In this document: positions 9,667 to 18,953 of the stretch, piece after piece
How positions within the stretch are numbered: position 1 is the stretch's first letter
Layout of the letters: each line of letters begins with the position of its first letter
Source of the DNA: Promethearchaeota archaeon
GTDB taxonomy: Archaea > Asgardarchaeota > Lokiarchaeia > Sigyniarchaeales > SOKP01
Direction of reading: 5' to 3'
Length of the DNA stretch: 64,000 nt
NCBI GenBank assembly: GCA_016839555.1
Contig: JAEOUA010000010.1
Span: 224,001 to 288,000, forward strand
Position numbers and translations under genes: made by a program
Notes under the pieces: model-generated
The model's input: the letters and a program-made list of their open reading frames with translations, nothing else
Told to the model about the DNA's origin: nothing
The model's database searches: none

Positions 9667-10371
9667 ATGAAAATTAAAAGTGATGTAAAAGGGATACTAT
9701 TCGATCTTGATGGTACTCTTTTAGATATTCATTTGACGAAATTTAATAGATCCTATACTAGAAATTTATATGAATATTTTCCAAGTTTAATGAATTTTGA
9801 CCAATTTTTTAAACATTACATGGCTTCAATTCAAAAAATGATTAATAATACAACGGGAAAAGCAAATTTTGATGTATTTCTAGATGAATTTCTTCCTCCT
9901 TTTAATCTAACAAGAGAAGAAGGAGAATCAATATTAAGAAATTATTATAAAAATGACTATCAAAAATTGAAAAAATTTGTAAATCCACGTCCGAAGCCAA
10001 GAGATACTGTTCAATATGTATTCAAAAAGAATTTTCAGGTTGTAATTGCTACCATTCCAATATTTATGCGTGATGCCATAAATGCACGTATGAACTGGGC
10101 GGGGATTGATGATTTTCAATTTGATTTAATAACCTATGCTGAAGATTTTACAACTTGTAAACCGAATTTAAATTATTATAAAGAAGTTTGTTCAAAAATC
10201 GGACTGAAACCCGAAGAATGTTTAGTTGTTGGAGATGAACATAATGAGATGGTGGCAAAATCGCTCGGTTGTCAAACTTTTTTGATTAAAAGCCCAATGA
10301 CGCACTTAAAAGATGATACACCAAAGCCCGATTTTGTTGGAAATTTACAGGATTTAATAAAATTATTATAA
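9667..10371 (+). CDS. HAD-superfamily hydrolase (paralog of 1067..1774)
   Basis: FDLDGTL, VIAT, KPNL.Y, VGDE; same length and C-terminal TP.P.F.G.L.DL as the first copy. Confidence 0.9.
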   Translation: MKIKSDVKGILFDLDGTLLDIHLTKFNRSYTRNLYEYFPSLMNFDQFFKHYMASIQKMINNTTGKANFDVFLDEFLPPFNLTREEGESILRNYYKNDYQKLKKFVNPRPKPRDTVQYVFKKNFQVVIATIPIFMRDAINARMNWAGIDDFQFDLITYAEDFTTCKPNLNYYKEVCSKIGLKPEECLVVGDEHNEMVAKSLGCQTFLIKSPMTHLKDDTPKPDFVGNLQDLIKLL

Positions 10372-10484
10372 AGATTAAAAAGAATATAATCTTCAGCAAT
10401 TAATTTATAAATAAAATACACTTCCTCTCTATCTTATTTAAAAAAATTATTTAGAAAAGTAAAAATAATAAAAAAAATTTTGAA

Positions 10485-11066
10485 TTAAGCAGTCTTTAAT
10501 TTTTTTCTTAAATATACTATACCGACAATGAGACCAGGAATTCCTACGACGATAAGGATCCAAAAAACGGCCCACAATAATTTTATAATCCAGTAGGTGT
10601 AAGCGATTGAATTAAATCTTGTAAAGAGGTTTCCGTCTATTGATATTAGAATTAGGAATACAATAAAAACTATAAAGCCGAAGACTCCACCTGCTGCGTT
10701 CGATTTCTGTCTTATACCTTCCTCTTTGCCTCTTTTTTGTTTCAATAGTTCCTTTTCTTCTTGAGGTAATCTATACCACCACAGACCAACTGTTAAACCA
10801 AAATAAACTGCGGCGGGAATTCCAACAAATAAAAGCTCCCATAGAGCAAGCCATAGTAAAAATATGATTACAGTTCCAAAAGAGAAATCTCCAATTGTCC
10901 AATTTCCATATCCTCCGATATCTGATTTAACTATAACAAAATATAATGTCAAAATTGCGCCAACTACTACCCCTACGATTCCTATAACTAATAAAATCCC
11001 TGCTTTCCAATGTTTTTGTAGCATCAACTTTAAAAAGGAATAATCTGTGATATCTTCATCACTCAT
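10485..11066 (-). CDS. Hypothetical integral membrane protein
   Basis: Four to five hydrophobic segments; GGTGA SD upstream. Confidence 0.75.
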   Translation of the reverse strand: MSDEDITDYSFLKLMLQKHWKAGILLVIGIVGVVVGAILTLYFVIVKSDIGGYGNWTIGDFSFGTVIIFLLWLALWELLFVGIPAAVYFGLTVGLWWYRLPQEEKELLKQKRGKEEGIRQKSNAAGGVFGFIVFIVFLILISIDGNLFTRFNSIAYTYWIIKLLWAVFWILIVVGIPGLIVGIVYLRKKLKTA

Positions 11067-11255
11067 TTACCTTCACCTTTTATATTTTTTTTATGCTTTT
11101 GTTTATGATTTTATAATCAATACTTTTTTTATGTTATGAAATAAAGAAGTATAGTGATATATATTTCTAATGTAAATATTTTATATATAATTGATTTATA
11201 GCTCTATATATTTACTTTTAAAAAAAGTTCAGGGTTAATAATTAAAGAGAAAAAT

Positions 11256-11636
11256 CTATGATAAAAGCAATTTATTGCCTTGAATTTTATAGGGAAGTAT
11301 GCCTCGTAAAATTAACAATTCAATTTCTCTTCTCAATAATTCTGGTTTTAAATCAAATTCCATAGTTTCTTTAAAATGGGAGCTTAAAGAATTGAAATCT
11401 ATTTCTTTATGATCTCTAGCCAATTCTGATAATTCTTTTGTGATTTTCTTCTGATTTAATAAAGATTCCGCATTTGAAATTAATTGATATAACTTATGAG
11501 TAAGACTAGTATCGAAATCTCCTTTTATTTCAATCTCTTTTAATTTATACAAAATATTTAATGCATCTATGTAGTTTTCTTGAGAAATGTGTTCCTCAGC
11601 TTCAGTTAATAATCTAATAAATTCTTTAGTTTCCAT
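11256..11636 (-). CDS. Small helical-hairpin plus winged-helix (PCI-like) protein
   Basis: N-terminal helices followed by IDFNSLS...ELLRREIELLILRGILPYKIQGNKL. Confidence 0.55.
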   Translation of the reverse strand: METKEFIRLLTEAEEHISQENYIDALNILYKLKEIEIKGDFDTSLTHKLYQLISNAESLLNQKKITKELSELARDHKEIDFNSLSSHFKETMEFDLKPELLRREIELLILRGILPYKIQGNKLLLS

Positions 11637-11837
11637 TTTTTAACGCAACTATCTTAATTTAATTATTTTGAATAATCTATTGTGAATATTATAATTTTTT
11701 TATTTTATATTAATCAAAGTATCTCTTATCTTCATAATAATAATTATTTTGAATGATAATTCCATATTTTATAAAACAAACGCTTTAAAGGCTTGATTTA
11801 TTACTTTAAATTAATAATAGTAAAAAGTTGATTAAAA

Positions 11838-12065
11838 ATGGTTGATAAAGAAAAAGTCGAAAAAATTATAGAAAGGATAAGATCGCAATTAAAAATGGAC
11901 GGTGGCGATGTAGAGCTTGTCGAAATAACTGATGAGGGAATTGTGAAGGTTCGCCTTCAAGGGCATTGTGTGGGCTGCATTCATGCTCAGGAGACATTAA
12001 AATATGGGATAGAAAGAGCGATCAAGCAATTCGTGCCTGATATAAAGTCAGTCGTAAGTGTCTAA
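11838..12065 (+). CDS. NifU C-terminal-domain (Nfu-type) Fe-S carrier
   Basis: IR..L..DGGDVELV...VKVRLQGHCVGC...TLKYGIE. Confidence 0.92.
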   Translation: MVDKEKVEKIIERIRSQLKMDGGDVELVEITDEGIVKVRLQGHCVGCIHAQETLKYGIERAIKQFVPDIKSVVSV

Positions 12066-12225
12066 TTTTTTATTTTTTAAATTTTTTTAAAGTCAAAATA
12101 ACTTAATTTTATTCTTGATAATATTTTTCTGATTTAAGAATTAGATTAATAGTAAAATTTTAATTTGATTTTGTTAAATGCTCTCATTTTTTTAAAATAA
12201 TAATAATCAGAATTATTGAAACCAA

Positions 12226-13005
12226 TTAAAGACATAAATTGATAAAATCCGTTATTATTTTTTCTCCAGCGATTTTTGCTTTGTCAATAATTTCATCACT
12301 AATATAGGGAGGATAATGATAATTTCCTATATGATTTTCAGGGTGAAATTGAATTGAATATATCGGTTTATTTTTATGCCGCATATATTGAACAGTTTTA
12401 TAGTTATCAAGAGCAAGAGTGGCAATTATTTTGAAATGTTTGCGCAATTCAAAGTTATAAGGATCTATATAATCTTTATGATTAAGGTTCACATAAATGC
12501 GCTCATGTGGGATTAATTCATCGGGAAATCTTATTCGTAATAAGGAAACATCATTATTTACTACACGATAATTCATTCTTTTGATCTTTGAATTAAAAGC
12601 ATAGGCGGCTAATTGGTGTCCAAAACAAATTGCTAAAATAGGTTTATTGTATTTTCTTTTAATTAGTTCCAATTCTTTTCTAAATAACTCTTTCATATTT
12701 TCGTTCTTATAAAAATTGGAAACATTAAGGTTGGACCCAGTTAAAATTAATCCTTTACTTTTTTTGAGGGTGTAATAATTAATTTCAGAAAAATGGATTG
12801 TGTTTACACGGACCTCCGGAAAATTTATTCTTATAATATTCTCTAATCTAATGATTCTCTCTGGTTTAGCTTTGGTAGGATAATTATTTATAATGTAGAT
12901 TATCTTATGTTTTTTAAATGCTAATCTTATTTTTATTTTTAATTTAATATAGATTCTCTTGATTTTATTTTTAATTTTCTTTAGGAATTGCGCCATTCTT
13001 ATCAA
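12226..13005 (-). CDS. Class I glutamine amidotransferase-like protein
   Basis: LILTGS, PILAICFGHQ (nucleophile Cys), IQFHPE (His-Glu). Confidence 0.88.
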   Translation of the reverse strand: MIRMAQFLKKIKNKIKRIYIKLKIKIRLAFKKHKIIYIINNYPTKAKPERIIRLENIIRINFPEVRVNTIHFSEINYYTLKKSKGLILTGSNLNVSNFYKNENMKELFRKELELIKRKYNKPILAICFGHQLAAYAFNSKIKRMNYRVVNNDVSLLRIRFPDELIPHERIYVNLNHKDYIDPYNFELRKHFKIIATLALDNYKTVQYMRHKNKPIYSIQFHPENHIGNYHYPPYISDEIIDKAKIAGEKIITDFINLCL

Positions 13006-13143
13006 ACTTTTAGCATTTAATTTGAGTTTAATTGACTATTATTGGTTTTTTAGAAATAATTTGTCTTTAATCTAGTACTTTGAATGCCTAATGTTTATAA
13101 TTTTTAAGTATTATAAGTTATAAATAGATGAACAATAAAAGTT

Positions 13144-14604
13144 TTAAAAAGGAAATCCTCCTAAAAGTCTATCAATAAGACTTTCATGTCTAGATCTTAC
13201 ATTTTGGATGCGATCTCCTGGTTCCAAGGGAATTTGTAAACCTTGAACATTGAGCGTATTAATTATTTTTATTGATTTAAAAGATTTTACTAATTCATCT
13301 TCTTCTTCATAATCGAGATCATATTTCACTGATAATTTTCCTTGAATTTGCCTGCCTCCATTGACTTTATATTTGTCTCCTTGATCATCAGAAACAATTC
13401 TGGAATTTTCTAAGATCACAGTAGCATATAAATTTCCTTGTTGCCTAATTTTTTCAATTTTTCGTGTTTGAAATTTAATTCCCAATTCATCTTGGATCTG
13501 CGGTCTTTGAAATTTAAGGGTCGGCAAATTTTTAATTTTTACTCCTAAATTAGCCTCATATTTAGAAATTTTTTGAATCCATTCATAAAGACTCTCTTTA
13601 AAACTAATAACATTTCCCCCATTTCTTTTAAAGCTAGCTTCGTTCCCATATGTTATTGCTCTTTCTATATTTTCTTTATGATAGGGATCTTCTGTGATTT
13701 TTCCTGATTGTGCCAAAGATATCGCATGTAATCCAGAACAACAACAAAGGTATGCAATATCTAATAAATCTTCTATATAGTGCTGAACATCAATTATTCT
13801 AACTTCCACACGATTTCTTGAAGGAGAATCATCCTTATCTCCTTGGATGTTCGTAAAAGGACCTCTAGGAGTAATATCCATTAAGCGATCCCCACTCGAA
13901 TTAGTGATAACCTTTTTCGAAAATTCATCCTCCCCAGAACCAATTTTTAGCTGATATCTCATAAGTCCATAATATCTCATAGGAATTAACGCTGGTTTTT
14001 CTTCAGGAATTTCTATTTGCGCAAACCCATTCGGTTTTAAAACCGTGCTATTTGCACATCTATTACTTGCAATATTTGTTTTTCTTCCTTGAAAAATCGG
14101 GGAATTCGCAGATAAAGCAATAATTTCCGGTAGCATATTCCATAAGTAATTATTTACTGCTTTTAATTCCCATGATTTCATTAAACTTTCTTTTTTTTGA
14201 ACAGACACATTAATATGTGTTCCCACGATTGGGTTGGGATCTGATTGGATTGGGTGGAGACTTTGCGTGAAGATTTTAACCTCTAACTTTTTCCCAGCAT
14301 CAATTAATAATCTCCTGCCGGCTTTTACCGCCTCTTCCAATTGATTTGGTCTTAAAGGAAGCGAAACATATTCTATTTGTGCGGGACTCGGTTCTGCATC
14401 TAGGCTCTGGATTTTTATACGAAGCGCATCAAGAAGATCATTATTCTGTTCAAGAATTTCTGCCGCTTTCATCATTAAATTATCTGCTGCCTCAATTAAA
14501 GTACCATCTTTGTTTAGAATTAGGAACTCTTCTTCTATTCCGCAAAGAACGCGATAATCATCCGTTATATCGTCAATTTCCTTTTCTTTTACATGAAACC
14601 ACAT
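13144..14604 (-). CDS. Glutamate-cysteine ligase family 2 (GCS2/YbdK-like) carboxylate-amine ligase
   Basis: GIEEEF, QIEY, GTHINVS, LPEIIALSANSP, RVEVRIID; extra C-terminal beta-rich region. Confidence 0.85.
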   Translation of the reverse strand: MWFHVKEKEIDDITDDYRVLCGIEEEFLILNKDGTLIEAADNLMMKAAEILEQNNDLLDALRIKIQSLDAEPSPAQIEYVSLPLRPNQLEEAVKAGRRLLIDAGKKLEVKIFTQSLHPIQSDPNPIVGTHINVSVQKKESLMKSWELKAVNNYLWNMLPEIIALSANSPIFQGRKTNIASNRCANSTVLKPNGFAQIEIPEEKPALIPMRYYGLMRYQLKIGSGEDEFSKKVITNSSGDRLMDITPRGPFTNIQGDKDDSPSRNRVEVRIIDVQHYIEDLLDIAYLCCCSGLHAISLAQSGKITEDPYHKENIERAITYGNEASFKRNGGNVISFKESLYEWIQKISKYEANLGVKIKNLPTLKFQRPQIQDELGIKFQTRKIEKIRQQGNLYATVILENSRIVSDDQGDKYKVNGGRQIQGKLSVKYDLDYEEEDELVKSFKSIKIINTLNVQGLQIPLEPGDRIQNVRSRHESLIDRLLGGFPF

Positions 14605-14896
14605 TATAATACCACTTTTATCTATTCATAAATATATTTTTTGAAATTACATCTATACAATAAAAAATGGTTTTAATATCAAAAATTCATTTATTAAAAA
14701 TTATTAAATATCTTATTTTATAGATTTTAAGTTCTTGATTAAATGTTGTTTTCTTAATTATCTTGAACAATCAAATTATATTATAAAAATCTTTTTTAAG
14801 AAATAGAATGATTAAACAATAACTTTAATTCAATTAAATTAATTAAAAAGTGGGAGTTATCATAATATAATAAAAAAAAATGAAAAAAAAAAAAAA

Positions 14897-16174
14897 ATGA
14901 AAAAAAACGACAATAGCAATAAACTAAAAGAATCTGCTAAGAAAGATACAGGGGATTCAGAAGAGAAACAAAAAAAAGCAAAAAAACCAGAGAAAAAGAC
15001 ACAAACACAAATTTTACAAGAAACTTTAGGTTTAGAACCAGGTATTTTAGAAAATATAGAGCAAAAATTGTTTGTAGCAAGATTTCTCGATTACTATTCA
15101 GAGGAACCTCTTGATTTTATATATAGAGAGAAAGCTATCGATAGTTATAAAAATCAGATTTCCAACATCATAGAGAAATATGATAAAACTACTGAAGAAG
15201 ATAAACTTATTAAGCAGAGTTTTGAGAATAAACAGATTCTTAATACTATCGATAAAATAAGAGAACAAACAGAAAATATAGCGGCAGAAAAGGGATTTAA
15301 AAAATCTATAAATAAAAAAATGAGGAATTGGAGCATTTTAGTAAGTATCCCTATGTTTTTACTCATTATTGTATTTACTATTTTACCCTATTTTGATATC
15401 AATATTAATTATATATATCTTTTTCCTGTGTTATGTGTGTTCTGTATGGTGCCGACAATAATTCGAAATTTTTTGGCAAAGAAATGGTATAACTTTAAGG
15501 AACAAAACAAGATGGATATTTATACTACTAATCGTGAAGATATTATGATTCTAAAAGGTTTTATAAATGAAGTTTTAGAAAATGTAAGATCTAGACTCAT
15601 TGAACTTAAAGTTCCCTTAGAATTAATAAAATTTGTATTAAATAGCAATGATTATGATGCGGTAAAGGTTTTAAATCAAAAAGTGGAAAAGGGTACTAGA
15701 GTATATTACGTGAGATTTGATTATCCTTCCGGTATAGAACCATTTCCTATTCCCGAAGAATTGGCACGACAATATATACCACCAGAAAAAACCTTAGAAA
15801 AAATTGCAGAAGCAGAGAAAAATTTCATAGTATTAGAAAATATTGAGGCTGAAGGCGGAGTAATTGAAAGTTTTATTCCTACTTTAAAAGATAGTCTTGC
15901 TGAGCCTATAAATGAGATGTTGAATAATTGTGAATTTAAAAAAGCATCTAAAGATATAGAGTCAATTCTCCCTAATTATTCTACAGAAATGGCTATTTAT
16001 TGTAAATGCGGAGAAATGGTGAATATAAAGGGTATTCAAATCTGTACTTGGAAAAAAGATTTCAACTTTTATTTATTCGAAGGGGAAATTTGCGATTGTG
16101 GCGAAAAAGTATATGCGCTTTCATTAATGGACAAAAAGCAGGACATTCCAAAAGAATTAAAGAAAATATTTTGA
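14897..16174 (+). CDS. Hypothetical membrane protein with two central TM helices and a C-terminal Cys cluster
   Basis: Hydrophobic segments near aa 147-195; YCKCG...ICDCG. Confidence 0.7.
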   Translation: MKKNDNSNKLKESAKKDTGDSEEKQKKAKKPEKKTQTQILQETLGLEPGILENIEQKLFVARFLDYYSEEPLDFIYREKAIDSYKNQISNIIEKYDKTTEEDKLIKQSFENKQILNTIDKIREQTENIAAEKGFKKSINKKMRNWSILVSIPMFLLIIVFTILPYFDININYIYLFPVLCVFCMVPTIIRNFLAKKWYNFKEQNKMDIYTTNREDIMILKGFINEVLENVRSRLIELKVPLELIKFVLNSNDYDAVKVLNQKVEKGTRVYYVRFDYPSGIEPFPIPEELARQYIPPEKTLEKIAEAEKNFIVLENIEAEGGVIESFIPTLKDSLAEPINEMLNNCEFKKASKDIESILPNYSTEMAIYCKCGEMVNIKGIQICTWKKDFNFYLFEGEICDCGEKVYALSLMDKKQDIPKELKKIF

Positions 16175-16265
16175 ATTTAAAATATGAACCATACAATCTG
16201 TATAAAAACTAATTTTTTACTAAATTTCTTATTTATTTTTTCAATTTTAAAAAGAAAGAATAAAT

Positions 16266-17636
16266 TTAATTTTTTTTAATTTTTGAGTAATAATCATAGA
16301 GACATTTGAACCCGCGTACAGCTCTTTCGATTTCGTTTTCAAATACAGGTATTTCTAATTCAGAAGCAGTTTCTATAACCCTTTTTGCTCCTTCTCTTTC
16401 TGCTTGTATCAATATTGCGATTATAGGTTTATTAGGATACATCTCTTTAATATTTTTAAATATACTAAAATCAAATTCGATTTCTATAAAAAATTCTAAA
16501 GCTAATATGAGTCCATTTACAGATTCATCATTAAGAAGTGTTTTAGCAGAAATATTATAAATTCCGCATATTTTTGTACCAATAAATTTATCAGGCGGCC
16601 AATAATCAACCGGATTTCCTGAAATACAAGTTGATCCTCCCACTTTATCTAAAATAATATTTCTATGCTTATTAGCTATTTTTGCCAGCGACAAATTTTG
16701 TTTACGCATTTCTTTTGCTATGATATGAATCGCTCCGCTACTTGGACCAATTAGACCGAGATTTTTACCTTCTGGAGGAGGACACCATAAAAAGAGTTTT
16801 GAGAAATCAAATAATTCGATATAATTTTCAACCTTAATGCCCCCCACTTCGATTAATCTCGTTTCATTTTTAATTTCTTTTCCAACATAAAAGAATAAAA
16901 CCGGTTTGACTGGGGCACACCTTTTTACCGCATTAATTAAATCTTCAGATATTTCTCGTAAAAAGAGAAGGATGACTTTAGTTTTTTTATCATTGATAAA
17001 ATAATGTAACACATCAGATTCCCTAATATTAAATCCATGCCCCAAATGAACTACTTTTGAGATAGGAACATTCTGATTAGGAGACCACCATCCTAATCCC
17101 CCAGCTAATCCACCAGATTGTGCAATATAACTTGCTCCCGATTTTACGTTCCGATTCTGTTTCATAATATAATGTCGAACGGGTATGATGGAGGTGGTAA
17201 AATTATTACTAAAATTAATGCATCCAATCATAGATGGTCCCATATATTGTACATTATATTTTTCAGAAATCTGGTTTAAATGTTCTATGATTTCAATACT
17301 ATTTTCTCGCGAAGCTAATTTATATTCATAATCTACCTTCAATTCTGACTCTATAACAATAAATTTTATTCCAAACTCTGCCAGTTGTTGAAAAATAACT
17401 TCAACATTTTTTCCAAGAACAATTACTGCTAATTCAGGAATAATTGGTAATTCTTCTAGAGAATGATAAGACTTAATCCCTAAAATTTCATCTGCATTGG
17501 GATTTACAATGAAAATTTCTCCGCGGTAAAAAATTTCTATTAAATTTTTAAGTACAGTATAGCTAAAAGTTAATTCTTCGCGAGATACGCCAACGATTAC
17601 AATGGAGCTAGGATTAAAAAAGGGTTTAAGATCCAT
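16266..17636 (-). CDS. Acyl-CoA synthetase (NDP-forming) alpha-subunit-like CoA-binding protein, degenerate
   Basis: FFNPSSIVIVGVS, VNP, AQSGG, NPVD; the phospho-His SHTG loop is absent. Confidence 0.8.
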   Translation of the reverse strand: MDLKPFFNPSSIVIVGVSREELTFSYTVLKNLIEIFYRGEIFIVNPNADEILGIKSYHSLEELPIIPELAVIVLGKNVEVIFQQLAEFGIKFIVIESELKVDYEYKLASRENSIEIIEHLNQISEKYNVQYMGPSMIGCINFSNNFTTSIIPVRHYIMKQNRNVKSGASYIAQSGGLAGGLGWWSPNQNVPISKVVHLGHGFNIRESDVLHYFINDKKTKVILLFLREISEDLINAVKRCAPVKPVLFFYVGKEIKNETRLIEVGGIKVENYIELFDFSKLFLWCPPPEGKNLGLIGPSSGAIHIIAKEMRKQNLSLAKIANKHRNIILDKVGGSTCISGNPVDYWPPDKFIGTKICGIYNISAKTLLNDESVNGLILALEFFIEIEFDFSIFKNIKEMYPNKPIIAILIQAEREGAKRVIETASELEIPVFENEIERAVRGFKCLYDYYSKIKKN

Positions 17637-17876
17637 AACGTTTTCTCAAAAGAATTTTTCTAAATAACTTTTTAATTTAATTGACTATAGGTAGTAATAT
17701 AATCAAAATGGTATAAATATTATTACACTAAAAAAGATTAAAGGGTTTTAAATCCTAAGAATTTAATCAGATCAAGAGATTACTTAGTATCAGTAATGTT
17801 ATAAGGGGGATTAAAAAATAAAAGATTAAGTTAAAATAATTTCTTTTTTTGCTAAAATCGCTAAAGGGTGAAAAAT

Positions 17877-18515
17877 TTATTTTGTTAATTGGGCGATCTC
17901 AACGCTATATAAAGGAATTGGTCTTTTCTTTTCTGCATTATATAATGGTAATCCTACTCGCTTCAAATATTCAGGTTTTTTATACTTCAAGAGCACTATT
18001 TGACAAGAAGAAGGTATTTTTTTAGATGCCACATTTAATCTTTTCTTTGCCAAATCTAACTGCTTCATCTGAATACCTAAATCACAAATAACTTGTCCCG
18101 CATTAACCCGCGCACAAACTGTTGTGGCTCTACCAAAAGAATTTCTCATCCCAGACTGCACTCTATCTGCTCCAGCAAATGCTAGCATGCGATTTTCTCT
18201 AATTTTATGATGACATTGTGGTCTAATCCTTAGTCTAAAATTTTTTCGACCTACTTTTTTTATAAATGCGCTATTGATTGCAATTCTTAATGCTTCTAAA
18301 GCACTTGAAGAGATTTGGACTTTGTCCTCTACTTTCAGGCCAACTACCACATCCCACTCATCCCAGGAGATCTGTTTATTTCCTCCCCAAAATCTATTAA
18401 TTTTACTCTGAGCTCCTCCACGAGCATATTCTCTTCTATGATTTGCGGAACGCTTATGTTGATAGGGTCTACTGTCCCATTTTGAATAACAGTGCCAAGG
18501 TCGCTTAGTAGCCAT
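17877..18515 (-). CDS. rpl10e: 50S ribosomal protein uL16 (L10e)
   Basis: RPWHCY, ALEALRI, RENRMLAFAGADRVQSGMRNSFG; AGGTGA SD upstream. Confidence 0.96.
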   Translation of the reverse strand: MATKRPWHCYSKWDSRPYQHKRSANHRREYARGGAQSKINRFWGGNKQISWDEWDVVVGLKVEDKVQISSSALEALRIAINSAFIKKVGRKNFRLRIRPQCHHKIRENRMLAFAGADRVQSGMRNSFGRATTVCARVNAGQVICDLGIQMKQLDLAKKRLNVASKKIPSSCQIVLLKYKKPEYLKRVGLPLYNAEKKRPIPLYSVEIAQLTK

Positions 18516-18953
18516 ATTTTTTCACCTTTTCTATTATTTTTGAGAAAAATTCCTAAAATTTAAGAATGATTCTGTAAATTATATTATATTTCAGCTAATT
18601 TTTAATTTATAAAGTGGTGAATATTATAAAAATTTTATCTTAGAGATTTATATAGGATTTTTCTATTTATTTTTTAATACTTTTATTTTAATTCGAAAGT
18701 TTTCTTCTTATTTTTAAATCTAAGAATTAATTTAGAATCTTTTCAAATTTATTTGATTATTTAACAACTTACCACGCATTTACGTATTACTTGAAAATAG
18801 TATTTTTTTAATGATATCAAGTTTCTTTGTGAATTTTTCTTAATTCAAGATGGATTTTTTTAAGGAAAATTTTATAAAATACTAAACGAATTACTTTTAA
18901 TCAAATTAAAATATATTATATTTAATCTAATTAAGTATAAATAAAAGTATAAA

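Noticed and set aside
12226-13005. GMP synthase subunit A (guaA)
   Set aside because: Only generic class I GATase motifs; atypical basic N-terminus and no ATP-pyrophosphatase partner nearby
14872-14910. Poly-A runs at the start of the 14897 ORF as a phase-variation or frameshift site
   Set aside because: Homopolymers are common throughout this AT-rich window and the ORF is intact from its ATG
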